DNA of 63,544 nucleotides, the filler included, from Octopus bimaculoides (Eukaryota): assembly GCF_001194135.2 (NCBI RefSeq). It is 7 parts of 6 records of this genome, joined end to end, with 100 filler letters (N's around TTAATTAATTAA, not from the genome) between each part and the next. Parts side by side here need not be neighbours in the genome. Positions count along the whole stretch, not along the records: positions 27,987 to 43,486 come from NC_068990.1; positions 43,587 to 46,478 come from NC_068992.1; positions 46,579 to 53,348 come from NC_068993.1; 4 more parts are not named here. The stretch is one strand, 5' to 3'. Under the pieces are notes generated by a model that was not told the origin of the DNA, ran no database searches, and saw nothing but the letters and a program-made list of their open reading frames with translations. Shown in pieces: positions 36,926 through 49,209 of this stretch (position 1 is the first letter of the stretch; each line of letters opens with the position of its first letter). Position numbers and translations under genes: made by a program.

Positions 36926-38789
36926 CCCTTCAATTTTGCTTTTAATGCTATGAACATGATCGTAATCTACCCTCTCGAAAACATATCTCTACAAAATTTC
37001 ATTAACAAAATACACATCTTTTCGAAAGCTATGCTCAAAGCCGACGTGGGCACTAATCTGTAAATGTACCCTTACTGTTTACCTCTGCATCAAAGCATCT
37101 ATCAACACGCAGATATGTCTGTAGGTATGCGAGATGTGTGCATGCGTATGTATGTCTGCAGTTGCGTGTGTCATAGCTGTGTGTGCAAAGTGGTACAGGA
37201 GGCATTTCATGAAATAACCTTCGTGAACAAGATATGCTGAAAGTGAAGTTGAAGAGATACTTCACAGCAACAGTTATTAGTCATATTTAACAGTAGCAGC
37301 AGTTTGTAAAATAAACTTCCATTGACAGATTGGATGGGTATGGGGTTGATAACAGAATCGATAGCGTGTTAAACGAAACACCTTCCAGTAACATATTTGG
37401 TTATTTTCACGTCCTGAGTCCGGCTCCCGCCCGTCCACGTCTGCGTAGCTTTTTACGTAGAGAGATCGATACCTTAAGCAACAATCGGTAAAATAAGTAT
37501 TGGATGGTAGAATGGTGTAGCGACACAATCGATATAATTAGCTACCCAACGAGAAGACATGGCCACAGTTTCATGGCTGGAAGGCAGTGAATCAAATTAC
37601 GCCGAAGTACCAGTTGAGCACTGGGGTCGATGTAATCGACTAGTGTTCTCTCCTCAAATTGCTGGCCTTTTGCCAAAATTTGAAACCAACACACACGTAC
37701 ACACACATGCACACAAACACACACACACACACATATGTACACATACACAATCACACACACATTTCTCTTCCAATGTGTGAATGTAGATATTAACATGTAT
37801 ATGTGCAAATATACACAGATATTCGTATATAAAATATATTTTCGGCACTAATGTTTGTGTGTGTGTGTAGAGAGAGAGAGAGAGAAGGGGAAGGAGAGGG
37901 AGATTGTATACACTATATGAGGCGTTCAGTGTGTGTGTGTATGCGTGTATAGTTCCTCATTGAAAGTTGTGCACGAAACAGAAACTAAATTCAGGTTTCC
38001 CTTCGCTTAAGTAGGGTCAGTCACTCAGAACACACTGTGTGTGTGTGTGTATATGTATCTGTGTATATGTATATGTGTGTGCGTGCGCGCGCCCATGTAT
38101 ATATATATATAAACATATATATATGTCATTGTATGTATGTATGTCTGTATGACAAATGGTGGGAGATAAAATATTTAGTTTTTCCCCACTATAATCTTGT
38201 ACTCTTGTGTTCATAATACTGGAATTGAATGGAAGAAAAAGACAAAAACAGGGAAAATTAACGCATTTGTTCCTCACATCAGGGCCCTTTGAAATATAAT
38301 TGAATACATCAAGTTCTAAACATTAATTGATAACATATACGATATATATACACACACACACACATATATACATGTATATAAATATACATATATATGTATA
38401 TTATATATATATATATAGGCATATATCATATATATATATATATATATAGGGTTAGTTTTTCTTTCCTTTTTTACATTTTTTACATTTTTTACATTTATTA
38501 AATTTCTTTTNNNNNNNNNNNNNNNNNNNNNNNNNNNNNNNNNNNNNNNNNNNNNNNNNNNNNNNNNNNNNNNNNNNNNNNNNNNNNNNNNNNNNNNNNN
38601 NNNNNNNNNNNNNNNNNNNNNNNNNNNNNNNNNNNNNNNNNNNNNNNNNNNNNNNNNNNNNNNNNNNNNNNNNNNNNNNNNNNNNNNNNNNNNNNNNNNN
38701 NNNNNNNNNNNNNNNNNNNNNNNNNNNNNNNNNGTAAGAAGCTTGTTTCCAAACAACATGGTTCCGGGTTCAGTCCCACTGCGTGGCAC

Positions 38790-39100
38790 ACCCGATCAGA
38801 AGGTTAGTCCGTTGCAGGGATGCCGGTTTACAGCTGAGTCGATGGAGCAACGGAGAAACGCGCCACTCGGTCCGGAAATCGAAGCTAGACCTTGAGTGCA
38901 ACCAGGGTCGGCCCTAGGGTTGCTTGCGCCCCGGGCAAGGTGGGCTTCGGCGTGTACAAGCTGACGGCCGTGGAAATTTCCTTATCTTTGTCACGCCATC
39001 CTTAGTGCCCCTTAACACACGGCACCCCGGGCGACTGCTCGAGCTGTCGGTATCCTGAACCGGCCCTGAATACAAAATCCTAACCACTACGCCATGCACC
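38790..39100 (-). mobile_element. tRNA-derived SINE interrupted by a MITE
   Basis: Minus strand reads GGTGCATGGCGTAGTGGTTAGG (A box)..[insert]..CTTCGATTTCCGGACC (B-box-like). Confidence 0.7.
38903..39068. mobile_element. 166-bp hAT-like MITE
   Basis: Termini CAGGGTCGGCCCTAGG / CCTGAACCGGCCCTG (CAGGG..GG TIR). The 8-bp flanks AGTGCAAC / AATACAAA match at 5 of 8, consistent with a decayed TSD. Confidence 0.7.
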
Positions 39101-40463
39101 TATGCACACGCGTGCGCACTTCACACACACTAATCGCCAATCAAACAAAATAACTACCAGGTTCGATTTTCTATCAACAATGCTTGTCTTACATCATTTA
39201 CACACAATCACACACACGCATGTATACATGCACTCACACAGACACACACAGACACACACACACACACACACACACATACATACATNNNNNNNNNNCACAC
39301 ACAGACACACACACACACACACACACACATACATACATACATACATACATACATACAAAAATACCCTGTTGCTAATGTTGAAATTCCAGTGAAGAAATCT
39401 TGGATCGAGGTTAGAAACCGGCTCTTTCTCTATTGGCAAAAGAAATCTTTAAATAAAAGTGAACAATGACATACATACATGCAAATACACACACTTATAT
39501 ACACGAACACACAAACACACAAGCATGACGACACACGCACACATATACATACGCGTATCTATATGTTGATTATATACGTATGTATGTATGTGTGTATGTA
39601 TGTATGTATGTACTAGGATCGACCTGTTTCACTAAACCCTTCAATGCAGCGCCCCAGCACGACCGCAGTCCAATGACTGTGACAAGTACATACATACATA
39701 CACAAACAGTTATATAAATGTTAAAACTAATATGTGTGTGTATGTGTGTGTGTGTTCTCATATGTATAAAACTTAACTATATATTGAATAGTAATACTGG
39801 AATAAGCAGCTTAGATTTTACACACACACATACACATATTAATGCACACGTATATCATGTTGGTAAAATACATATGTGTAAGTGTGTGTCGCTGTGTGCG
39901 TTTGAATTTCAATACTATAATCTCATGAAAGACGAAAGATAGTGAGGTGCTATTATAAAACAAGCCCCACCACCACTCCTGTCGAACAACAACGGGAGCT
40001 CCCCCATAACCGAATTTTACCCCATCTGAAATGAAAGGTGTAAACAAAAAGCACACACACACAACCTTGTAAAAAAATGTATTTAATGAACAGAATGAAC
40101 AACAAAAACAAGGCTGAAAGGCAAAAGCGAAAGAAAGTAATTGAAGTTTTGAAGAACTTACCAACTTGTTGCCTGGTCAATATGTACAGCCACAGAATAT
40201 CCAAACATACTCCCATTCACACCTTTGTGGACAAAAAAATTCTCCACTTCCAAATTAAAACATTTTGTTAAGTCTACTAAGTGTAATATTATTAATGCCA
40301 ACATCCAGGCAGTGGTAGATATTCGAAGGGTATCCATTTAGTCAAGGCCAGTTTTTAAAAAAATGTACTTATCGAGACGAAGAATAAGTAGAAAATATCT
40401 AACTTCCTTCTCGAAACTAAATATTATATTATAATATCGTGAAGAAATAAATGAAAAAAAAAG

Positions 40464-40474
40464 AGAGAGAGATG

Positions 40475-40534
<60 letters not shown>

Positions 40535-40684
40535 AAGAAAAGGAAAGTTGTCTGGTACTTAGAGAAAGAGTAGAGAGTGAGTGAGGGAGAGATGGTGTGA
40601 GTGAAAGATGGTGTGAGTGAGTGAGGAAGAAGGAGAGAAAAGATTGGATGATGGCGAAGGCCGAGAAGAGAACAGAGACAGAAT

Positions 40685-40733
<49 letters not shown>

Positions 40734-41170
40734 AGGGGGAATGTGTGTGTGTGTCTGTGTGTCAGTGTGTGAATGAACGAAAGAAGGCAGGAAGAAAGTG
40801 GATCTGATAGAGAGAGGAGGTAGGAATAGAAATATACATCGTAGAAATGTGTTATATGTGATATAGTATACAATTGAAAATGAGAGAAAGAGAGATGGAG
40901 AGATACGCAGATAGATAAGACAGGCAGACAGATAGAGAGATAGATAGATAGATAGATAGACAAGGAAGCGAAATTTTTTCTTATGATGAAAGTGCAACGA
41001 AATAACGAAAAACTACGGTGAAGGTATCGTTTAGAAAGTAGAGAGATGAAGGAGTGAGGGAGGAATAGAGTGGCGACGAAATAAAACAAAAAAGGCAAAA
41101 ACGAAAGAACGAAATGAAGAAAGAAAAATGGTAAGCACTAAAAAGTAAAAGAAAACAAAAAGATATAGAG
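40464..41170. repeat. Long purine-rich tract with (GA)n, (GATA)n and GAGT-type repeats
   Basis: Read directly. Confidence 0.9.
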
Positions 41171-41874
41171 TGGACGAAACTTAACATAGGGTGTTAAATT
41201 TCTTTGTCCCATTTGCCCGTCCAAACTTAGAATCTAATCCTGCTATCTACCACGAGTTTTTAATAACAATTTTTCTACCCACTTTTTGCTCTTCCGAAAT
41301 AAATTATATAAACAATAATAAGCTAAAATGAGATGAAGCAAACACTATGATGGACAGAGAGGAAAAAAAAGACACGATACACTATAAATACAAATATATA
41401 TATATTATAGTATGATACATCATATATTATATTATATTATATTATATTATATTATATATATTTTATGTATAATTTTGTAGCTGGCCAAGGGGTTTTGTGT
41501 TTGTGTATCTATTTATGCTAAAACAGAGAAACCATAAAATACATTATCAACCAACGGTAGCCAACTAAACTTTTTCGATTTGTTTCTCTTAGCATAAGGA
41601 CAAACAGAGGTGTGTGAAGGGTAAAAGGGTGAGGCCGTCTGTTGCTGTTTCTCTTTTTTTAGTAAAAGCTTCTGCTACCGCCAGTTATTTTGCCGCTACT
41701 ACTGTTGATGATGGCGTTAGCGTTGGGGATTGGTTTTGGTGTTAATGATGGCGTTGGTGTTGAGCCTGGTACTGGTGGTCTTTTAGTGATACCGGTGATG
41801 ATGGTGGCATCTTTGCTTATTAACTTTAGTTTTATACACTCATTTATACACATACGTTTTACTAGTTTTTGTCA

Positions 41875-41947
<73 letters not shown>

Positions 41948-42136
41948 ACGCACACACACACACATGCATTCACACAATTATACACACACACAGACATGCA
42001 TTCACACACACACACACACATGCATTTACACAAATATACACACACAGACATGCATTCACAAACACACAGACATGCATTCACAAACACACAGACATTCACA
42101 CACACGCACACATGCACTCACACACAGAGTTTTCTT

Positions 42137-42428
42137 TCGCTTTTTTTTACTTGTTTCGGTCATTAGACTGCGGCCATGCTGGGGCACTGCCATGAAGAAT
42201 TTTTATTCGAATGAATCGAACAGTATTTAATATTTTTTTGAAGTCTGGTACTCTGTCGGCCTCTTTTGCCGAACCGCTAAGCTACGAGGACGTAAACACA
42301 TCAACGCCGGTTGTCAGGCGGTGATGGAGACAAAACAAACTCAAAGATACACACACACAAATATGCATACATACATACATATGCTCATATATATATATAT
42401 ACACACATATCTACACACACATATGCAC

Positions 42429-42491
<63 letters not shown>

Positions 42492-42650
42492 CATACATAC
42501 ATACATACACACGACAGGCTTCTTTCAGTATTTGTCGACAAAATCCACTCACAAAGTTCTGGTCGGCCCAAGGCTATAGTAGAAAACACTTGCCACGCAG
42601 TGGGACTGAACTCGGAACTATGTGGTCGGGAAACAAACTTCTTACCACAC
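42137..42650 (-). mobile_element. Complete bipartite SINE family C copy: head, central microsatellite, tail
   Basis: Head at 42510-42650, (CATA)/(TA)/(CA) block at 42348-42510 and tail at 42137-42345, all in one orientation. Confidence 0.85.
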
Positions 42651-42869
42651 CAACGTGTAAGACGCTACCATTTGGCTAAACGGAATCACTTAGAGCAGGC
42701 AGCGAAATAGTCCATCATCATAGGCATCAATTATACCGATTGGATACTGTTAGGTAATTCCCATTTCCGCTTATTTACCAAGAAGTCCAATTCTTCGGTG
42801 AACCCTTGATGTAGCGTAGGTATAATAAAGTATAATAATGAAGGGTTAAATTTGCGAACCTTCCATTCG

Positions 42870-43486
42870 TCTGTTATATATAGATATATAAGAATACAAA
42901 AAATGGGACAAGATCGCAACAGGCGACAAAACATCCAGACAGTTAGATGATACAAAAAGGGACAAGAAAAAACAAGGTCGGGTCATTCGGAGTTTTCTTT
43001 CGTCAGTCGAATTCCAGATTGTCTTTGCAGTTTCGGCTGGTTATACTCGAGACTGCTCCAATCTGGTCAGCCCCAAAGAAAATCTAAGTAAAGAGCACTA
43101 GATTCTTTGGAAGAAAGCAGCGAATGTATACGAAACCAAGGACGGAAAAAAAACGGAGAAATGGTACACAAATACAAATGCAAACAACAGGACATTAACA
43201 ACAGGTGTCTTTCGATTAAGGACGAATTAAATTAAGCCGGCGTGTGTGGAAGTGAAGCCTTACGACAGGGACATAAGAGATGACAGGCATCGGAAGGGAT
43301 ATAGATGTTGCAGAGATGGTAGTCGAACCAAGAAAGGTCAGGCTTGGCCGAACACCGGTCACGTGGAAGGAGAGGAGAGAGGTAGAGGCTAAGGGATAGA
43401 ATAATTAGGAAGGGACAAGAAAGAAAGAAAAAGGACAGTGTGGTGAAAGAGGAGGGAAGGTGAGAATGAAGGGAAGGCCAGGAAAT
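42870..43486 (-). mobile_element. Non-coding interspersed repeat, possibly Penelope-associated
   Basis: Internal direct repeats (gggacaag..aaaac) and a hammerhead-like CTGACGA..GAA motif on the minus strand; no ORF. The family assignment is inference only. Confidence 0.35.
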
Positions 43487-43586
43487 NNNNNNNNNNNNNN
43501 NNNNNNNNNNNNNNNNNNNNNNNNNNNNNNTTAATTAATTAANNNNNNNNNNNNNNNNNNNNNNNNNNNNNNNNNNNNNNNNNNNN

Positions 43587-43646
<60 letters not shown>

Positions 43647-43759
43647 TCATGACAACATACCTGAATGCAATCACCCATACATGGAATGCGCATGAACTCT
43701 GTAGAAATTTTTCATAGTTTTCTGGTCCTAACCAGAAAATTCGAGTCATAATTTAGATC

Positions 43760-43995
43760 TTCACAACGACGACTGGAGATTGTTTACGGGTATGATACAA
43801 GTAACAAAATCAACGTCTGATGTATGACGATTTGTCAAGGTATTTAAAATCAGCCATGCAGCTGGAATCCATTTACTGCGCCCTTGACTCAAATCCGTTA
43901 CGAGTGTATCGGAAAGTTTTGTTTGTAAATGGGTGCCGCGGGATTTGAAACACGATATGAGATAGGCAAGTGTGGAAGTTGTTAAATCTAATAAT
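43760..43995 (+). mobile_element. Mariner transposase fragment
   Basis: CKWVPRDLKHDMR*ASVEVV at 43924-43983 matches the mariner WVPHEL motif. Confidence 0.65.
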
Positions 43996-45875
43996 ATACA
44001 TTTTATTTCCATCTGGTACAGGAGAGAAAATTAGGTGTTTAATTCATAACATAAAATTATATTAGTGACATGAAACGTAATCAAGTATGTCATATCGCAT
44101 GAAGGAATACAGAATATCTGGTTAAGTCAAAGAGATGTAGATTTTGAGCATTTTTAAATTACGACAGGCATAAAATAAACTACTCAGTCTCAAAATACCT
44201 GAGAGATTGAAAACTGAAAATATTACTTCGAATTGAACACTGCTCTTAAAAGAGTGAGACTCGCTAGAAGGATCTACATAAGTTGATGCCCAGTTTCTTT
44301 CAGCACGACTCAGAACGAGTTTCATTATTCTATTCGTTTCCTTGTCACGTCCTTTTCACTATCCAGATCCACAGAAAAGCAATTTTAATGCAATTTAGAC
44401 AGGCTACTTGACATCAACAACCATTTATTGGCATTGTGCTATATACTGATCATCATATACATTCTGCAACGTAAACCTATATATTTTTCCTCGTTTATCA
44501 TGGCAAAAAATGTTTCCTAGTGGATGACTTGTTTGAAACGAAGAAGTTCAATTGACATAGATGACATTTTCCTTGACGCTCCTCGTCATTTCAATTAGGG
44601 TTTCCTATCCCGAGTAAAAAAATTGCTTTGTTAACGATGTGATAAAAGTTTCTGGCTACGGATATAAAAAACTCAAATTTTTTTGGCACTTTTTCCACAA
44701 GAACATCTGCGGCATTACGTGTCTACAAGTAAAGCTATATTTGAAGTAAAACTGAGGACACAGTGTTTTATGCGTACGTTAGTACTCATGTCATCGATCG
44801 CTGAAGAATAAAAAGCAAGGTCAAAATAAGAGCTAGTTGAGCTGAGAGCGTAACGGGACAATAGTTACTGAAAATATGAGCAGTGAACCTTATGCAGCAA
44901 GGTAAATAGATGGAACAGATTTTATTTTATCGCAGACGCCAAAATGTCTGCAACGGACATGAACTGAAGTCTGCCTGTGTATGTAATCATCGTGGTCTCT
45001 TTTTTTATGAATAGAAATATACTGCAAAATAAAAATATTCGAAACACATATGGTTATGTGATTTAAGTGTATGTGTGTTCGTTTCTGTGTCTGCATACCC
45101 ACACGCACATATAAGTATTTATAAACACACACAAACACACACACACACACACACANNNNNNNNNNNNNNNNNNNNNNNNNNNNNNNNNNNNNNNNNNNNN
45201 NNNNNNNNNNNNNNNNNNNNNNNNNNNNNNNNNNNNNNNNNNNNNNNNNNNNNNNNNNNNNNNNNNNNNNNNNNNNNNNNNNNNNNNNNNNNNNNNNNNN
45301 NNNNNNNNNNNNNNNNNNNNNNNNNNNNNNNNNNNNNNNNNNNNNNNNNNNNNNNNNNNNNNNNNNNNNNNNNNNNNNNNNNNNNNNNNNNNNNNNNNNN
45401 NNNNNNNNNNNNNNNNNNNNNNNNNNNNNNNNNNNNNNNNNNNNNNNNNNNNNNNNNNNNNNNNNNNNNNNNNNNNNNNNNNNNNNNNNNNNNNNNNNNN
45501 NNNNNNNNNNNNNNNNNNNNNNNNNNNNNNNNNNNNNNNNNNNNNNNNNNNNNNNNNNNNNNNNNNNNNNNNNNNNNNNNNNNNNNNNNNNNNNNNNNNN
45601 NNNNNNNNNNNNNNNNNNNNNNNNNNNNNNNNNNNNNNNNNNNNNNNNNNNNNNNNNNNNNNNNNNNNNNNNNNNNNNNNNNNNNNNNNNNNNNNNNNNN
45701 NNNNNNNNNNNNNNNNNNNNNNNNNNNNNNNNNNNNNNNNNNNNNNNNNNNNNNNNNNNNNNNNNNNNNNNNNNNNNNNNNNNNNNNNNNNNNNNNNNNN
45801 NNNNNNNNNNNNNNNNNNNNNNNNNNNNNNNNNNNNNNNNNNNNNNNNNNNNNNNNNNNNNNNNNNNNNNNNNNN

Positions 45876-45917
<42 letters not shown>

Positions 45918-46580
45918 TGGTATGTATAGGTATATGTATATGCATATATGTATGCGTATATTTTGTATATGTATCTATGCTTGTGTACATACTATATAGG
46001 TATGTATGGATGTGTATATATTGTATTCCGTTTATGGAGTGACAATAAATATGCTTCACGGGTTGATGGGACAGCCTATGATGTGGCTGCAATGTCCATA
46101 TTCTCGAAGAAATTTTTTCCCTCTATAAGCGCTGCATACATAATATATAGAATAATCTATAGACACAATTCTGGACAAATATATTCTGCTCTTTCACTTT
46201 CTTCTCTTCCGCTTCAGCTGCAAATCGTGTCACATTTCTTTTACTTCTATCGGCTTAAGAGCTCGCACACAAACACGCATACACACACACACATACACAC
46301 ACCTACAAACACACTCTCTTACTTGTGCAGAAGCACATACACATGCGCATGCATATATACCATTTTATACATATTCATACATACACATATCAATATACAT
46401 ATTCATACGCACGGATATAAATATCGTGTTTCTATAAATGCATACGTACATACGTGTACATTTATATATATATATATANNNNNNNNNNNNNNNNNNNNNN
46501 NNNNNNNNNNNNNNNNNNNNNNTTAATTAATTAANNNNNNNNNNNNNNNNNNNNNNNNNNNNNNNNNNNNNNNNNNNNGA

Positions 46581-46614
<34 letters not shown>

Positions 46615-47113
46615 GTGTGTATGTATGTGTGAGCGTATGTATGCATGTTAATAAGTACGTATGTATGTATGTATGCATGTATGTATGTATGCATGTATGT
46701 ATGTATGCATGTATGTATGTATGCAAGTTTGTATACATAACATTTATCCTCTCTCTCTCTCTCTCTCTCTCTGCAAATAGAAACTGTGTTTACTTCAACG
46801 TTTTTCAGTCTGTCTCACCAATATGGATTCAGAAACTCCAGTAGTTTTGCCTGGTTTTTATTGCCGGCTCAAAGAAAGTCTTCAATTCATTTCTTCTAAC
46901 GGGAGGAACAGTTCATTAGCATCATTTGTGCATAATGCTCGACAGAGCAATTAATTAACACGTACCACCTACGGTTCCCTCGTATTAATAAACTATATAC
47001 TGTCGAAGCGCGTGTGGGTAGATATATAGTAAATCACATGCCTGCGTTGCTATATACACGCATTGCTAACTATACAAATATGTCCGTCTGTTTACCTACC
47101 TAGCTGTGTATGG

Positions 47114-47170
<57 letters not shown>

Positions 47171-47844
47171 CCTATCTATCTATCTGTCTGTCTGTCTATC
47201 TGTTTGTCCGTCTGTTTATCTGCCCTAAACAAGTTATATATATATATANNNNNNNNNNNNNNNNNNNNNNNNNNNNNNNNNNNNNNNNNNNNNNNNNNNN
47301 NNNNNNNNNNNNNNNNNNNNNNNNNNNNNNNNNNNNNNNNNNNNNNNNNNNNNNNNNNNNNNNNNNNNNNNNNNNNNNNNNNNNNNNNNNNNNNNNNNNN
47401 NNNNNNNNNNNNNNNNNNNNNNNNNNNNNNNNNNNNNNNNNNNNNNNNNNNNNNNNNNNNNNNNNNNNNNNNNNNNNNNNNNNNNNNNNNNNNNNNNNNN
47501 NNNNNNNNNNNNNNNNNNNNNNNNNNNNNNNNNNNNNNNNNNNNNNNNNNNNNNNNNNNNNNNNNNNNNNNNNNNNNNNNNNNNNNNNNNNNNNNNNNNN
47601 NNNNNNNNNNNNNNNNNNNNNNNNNNNNNNNNNNNNNNNNNNNNNNNNNNNNNNNNNNNNNNNNNNNNNNNNNNNNNNNNNNNNNNNNNNNNNNNNNNNN
47701 NNNNNNNNNNNNNNNNNNNNNNNNNNNNNNNNNNNNNNNNNNNNNNNNNNNNNNNNNNNNNNNNNNNNNNNNNNNNNNNNNNNNNNNNNNNNNNNNNNNN
47801 NNNNNNNNNNNNNNNNNNNNNNNNNNNNNNNNNNNNNACACACG

Positions 47845-48072
47845 AGAGCTGGCAGAAACGTTAGCACGCCGGGCGAAATGCTTAGCGGTATTTCGTCTGC
47901 CGCTACGGTTCTGAGTTCAAATTCCACCGAGGTCGACTTTGCCTTTCATCCTTTCGAGGTCGATTAAATAAGTACCAGTTACGCACTGGAGTCGATATAA
48001 TCGACTTAATCCGTTTGTCTGTCTTTGTTTGTCCCCTCTGTGTGTAGCCCCTTGTGGGTAGTAAAGAAATAA
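47845..48072 (+). mobile_element. SINE family B, well preserved
   Basis: gagctggcagaaacgttagcacgccgggcgaaatgcttagc..gagttcaaattcc..agtaaagaaataa. Confidence 0.93.
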
Positions 48073-48229
48073 CACGCGCACAAATAGATACACAAGCACA
48101 CACACACACACACATATTATATATATATATATATATATCTGGTACGTCGTAAATGGGATATGATCAGAGGTTATTTTATGTGAAATGCGCCAAATTTAAC
48201 TTTTCTCATTTTTCTTTCAGATGTAGCGA

Positions 48230-49200
48230 TAACAGATTCCAGTCTGACAAAAGAAATGAAGCGGCTCGTCGTGTTCGCCAAACAGTGAGCGATTTGGTTA
48301 TCGCCCGCTTCTCGAAGGTGACGGGGCCCTTCATTTTCATAGTCGGGCATGCGCTGGAAGCCTTTGTTAGGGAGGTGACCAAGAATGAAAAATAATCTCA
48401 AAGGACAAACATCGTAACGATAGTGAAATTCCTAGAGTAGCTCCTGGATGTCACGGATGAAAACCCTAGTTGAGCGGTGACGGCCACCATCAAACATCTC
48501 AAGACAGCAGGGTTCTTTATCAGATGTGTGGCGCACGAGTACATTGTACAAATGCCATACGTGATACAAAAATGGCACTTTATATCCCGTAAGACTTGGG
48601 AGTACCTCGGGATCATGATTCCCAACATCATGTGACTTTCTAGTTTTCTTAATATGAATCACTTTGAAGGCAGTGAGCTGGCAGAAGCGTTAGCGCACTG
48701 GGCGATATGCTTAGTTGTACTTCGTCTGTCTTTATGTTCTGAGTTCAAATTCCGCCGAGGTCGACTTTGCCTTTCATCCTTTCGGGGCCGATAAATTAAG
48801 TACCGGTTTCGTACTGGAGTCGATCTGATCGACTGTCCTCCTCCCCAAAAATTTCGGGCCTTGTGCCTAGAGTAGAAAAGAATATGAATCCCTTTGACTG
48901 CTGTATTAGTAGCATCGGCTGAGTACTGACCAGCCGGCCGCCCTGCAGTCGTAAGGACTCACTGATTCTTGCAGTCGTTGACATGATATGCGGAATGGGC
49001 ACCTGATACCGGCACGAAGTCGTTTCTGTGACCACATTGGAGGCGTCACTGTGGCTGAAGACGATTCTACTGAATAACTTGTTTCTTTGATGTATCCAGT
49101 TGTATGTGTGTATTGTGTTTTTGAGGTGGGGTTTTGAGGAGGAGAGTATATTGTTTTCCGCTCTATGCTCTCTTTGTTTTTCTTTGTTATTTGTTTCGTT
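48230..49200 (-). mobile_element. Degenerate LINE ORF1 (gag-like, zinc-knuckle) remnant, interrupted by a SINE
   Basis: Minus frames give IKCHFCITYGICTMYSC and GH....ASSACPTMK..KSLTVWRTRR, resembling the CCHC knuckles and H.ASS..CP.YK motif of I/Jockey-group ORF1. The coding strand is A/C-rich. Confidence 0.4.
48668..48880 (+). mobile_element. SINE family B with 17-bp TSD
   Basis: AATATGAATC(A/C)CTTTGA occurs at 48651-48667 and 48881-48897. Confidence 0.93.
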
Positions 49201-49209
49201 CATAAAAAG

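Noticed and set aside
41128-41136. Repeated ATG|GT(A/G)AG donor-like sites (41130, 56569, minus 63397, minus 16950)
   Set aside because: About three such 8-mers are expected by composition in this window; not enriched.
41690-41850. Signal-peptide-like ORF MALALGIGFGVNDGVGVEPG
   Set aside because: Decayed GGT/GAT/GTT trinucleotide repeat running into a CA microsatellite.
48221-48395. Strong plus-strand acceptor followed by RV..TV..LV..FIFIVGHALEA, resembling a histidine phosphatase motif
   Set aside because: The frame stops soon after, donors are weak, and the opposite strand is better explained as LINE ORF1. An HMM search of both strands would settle it.
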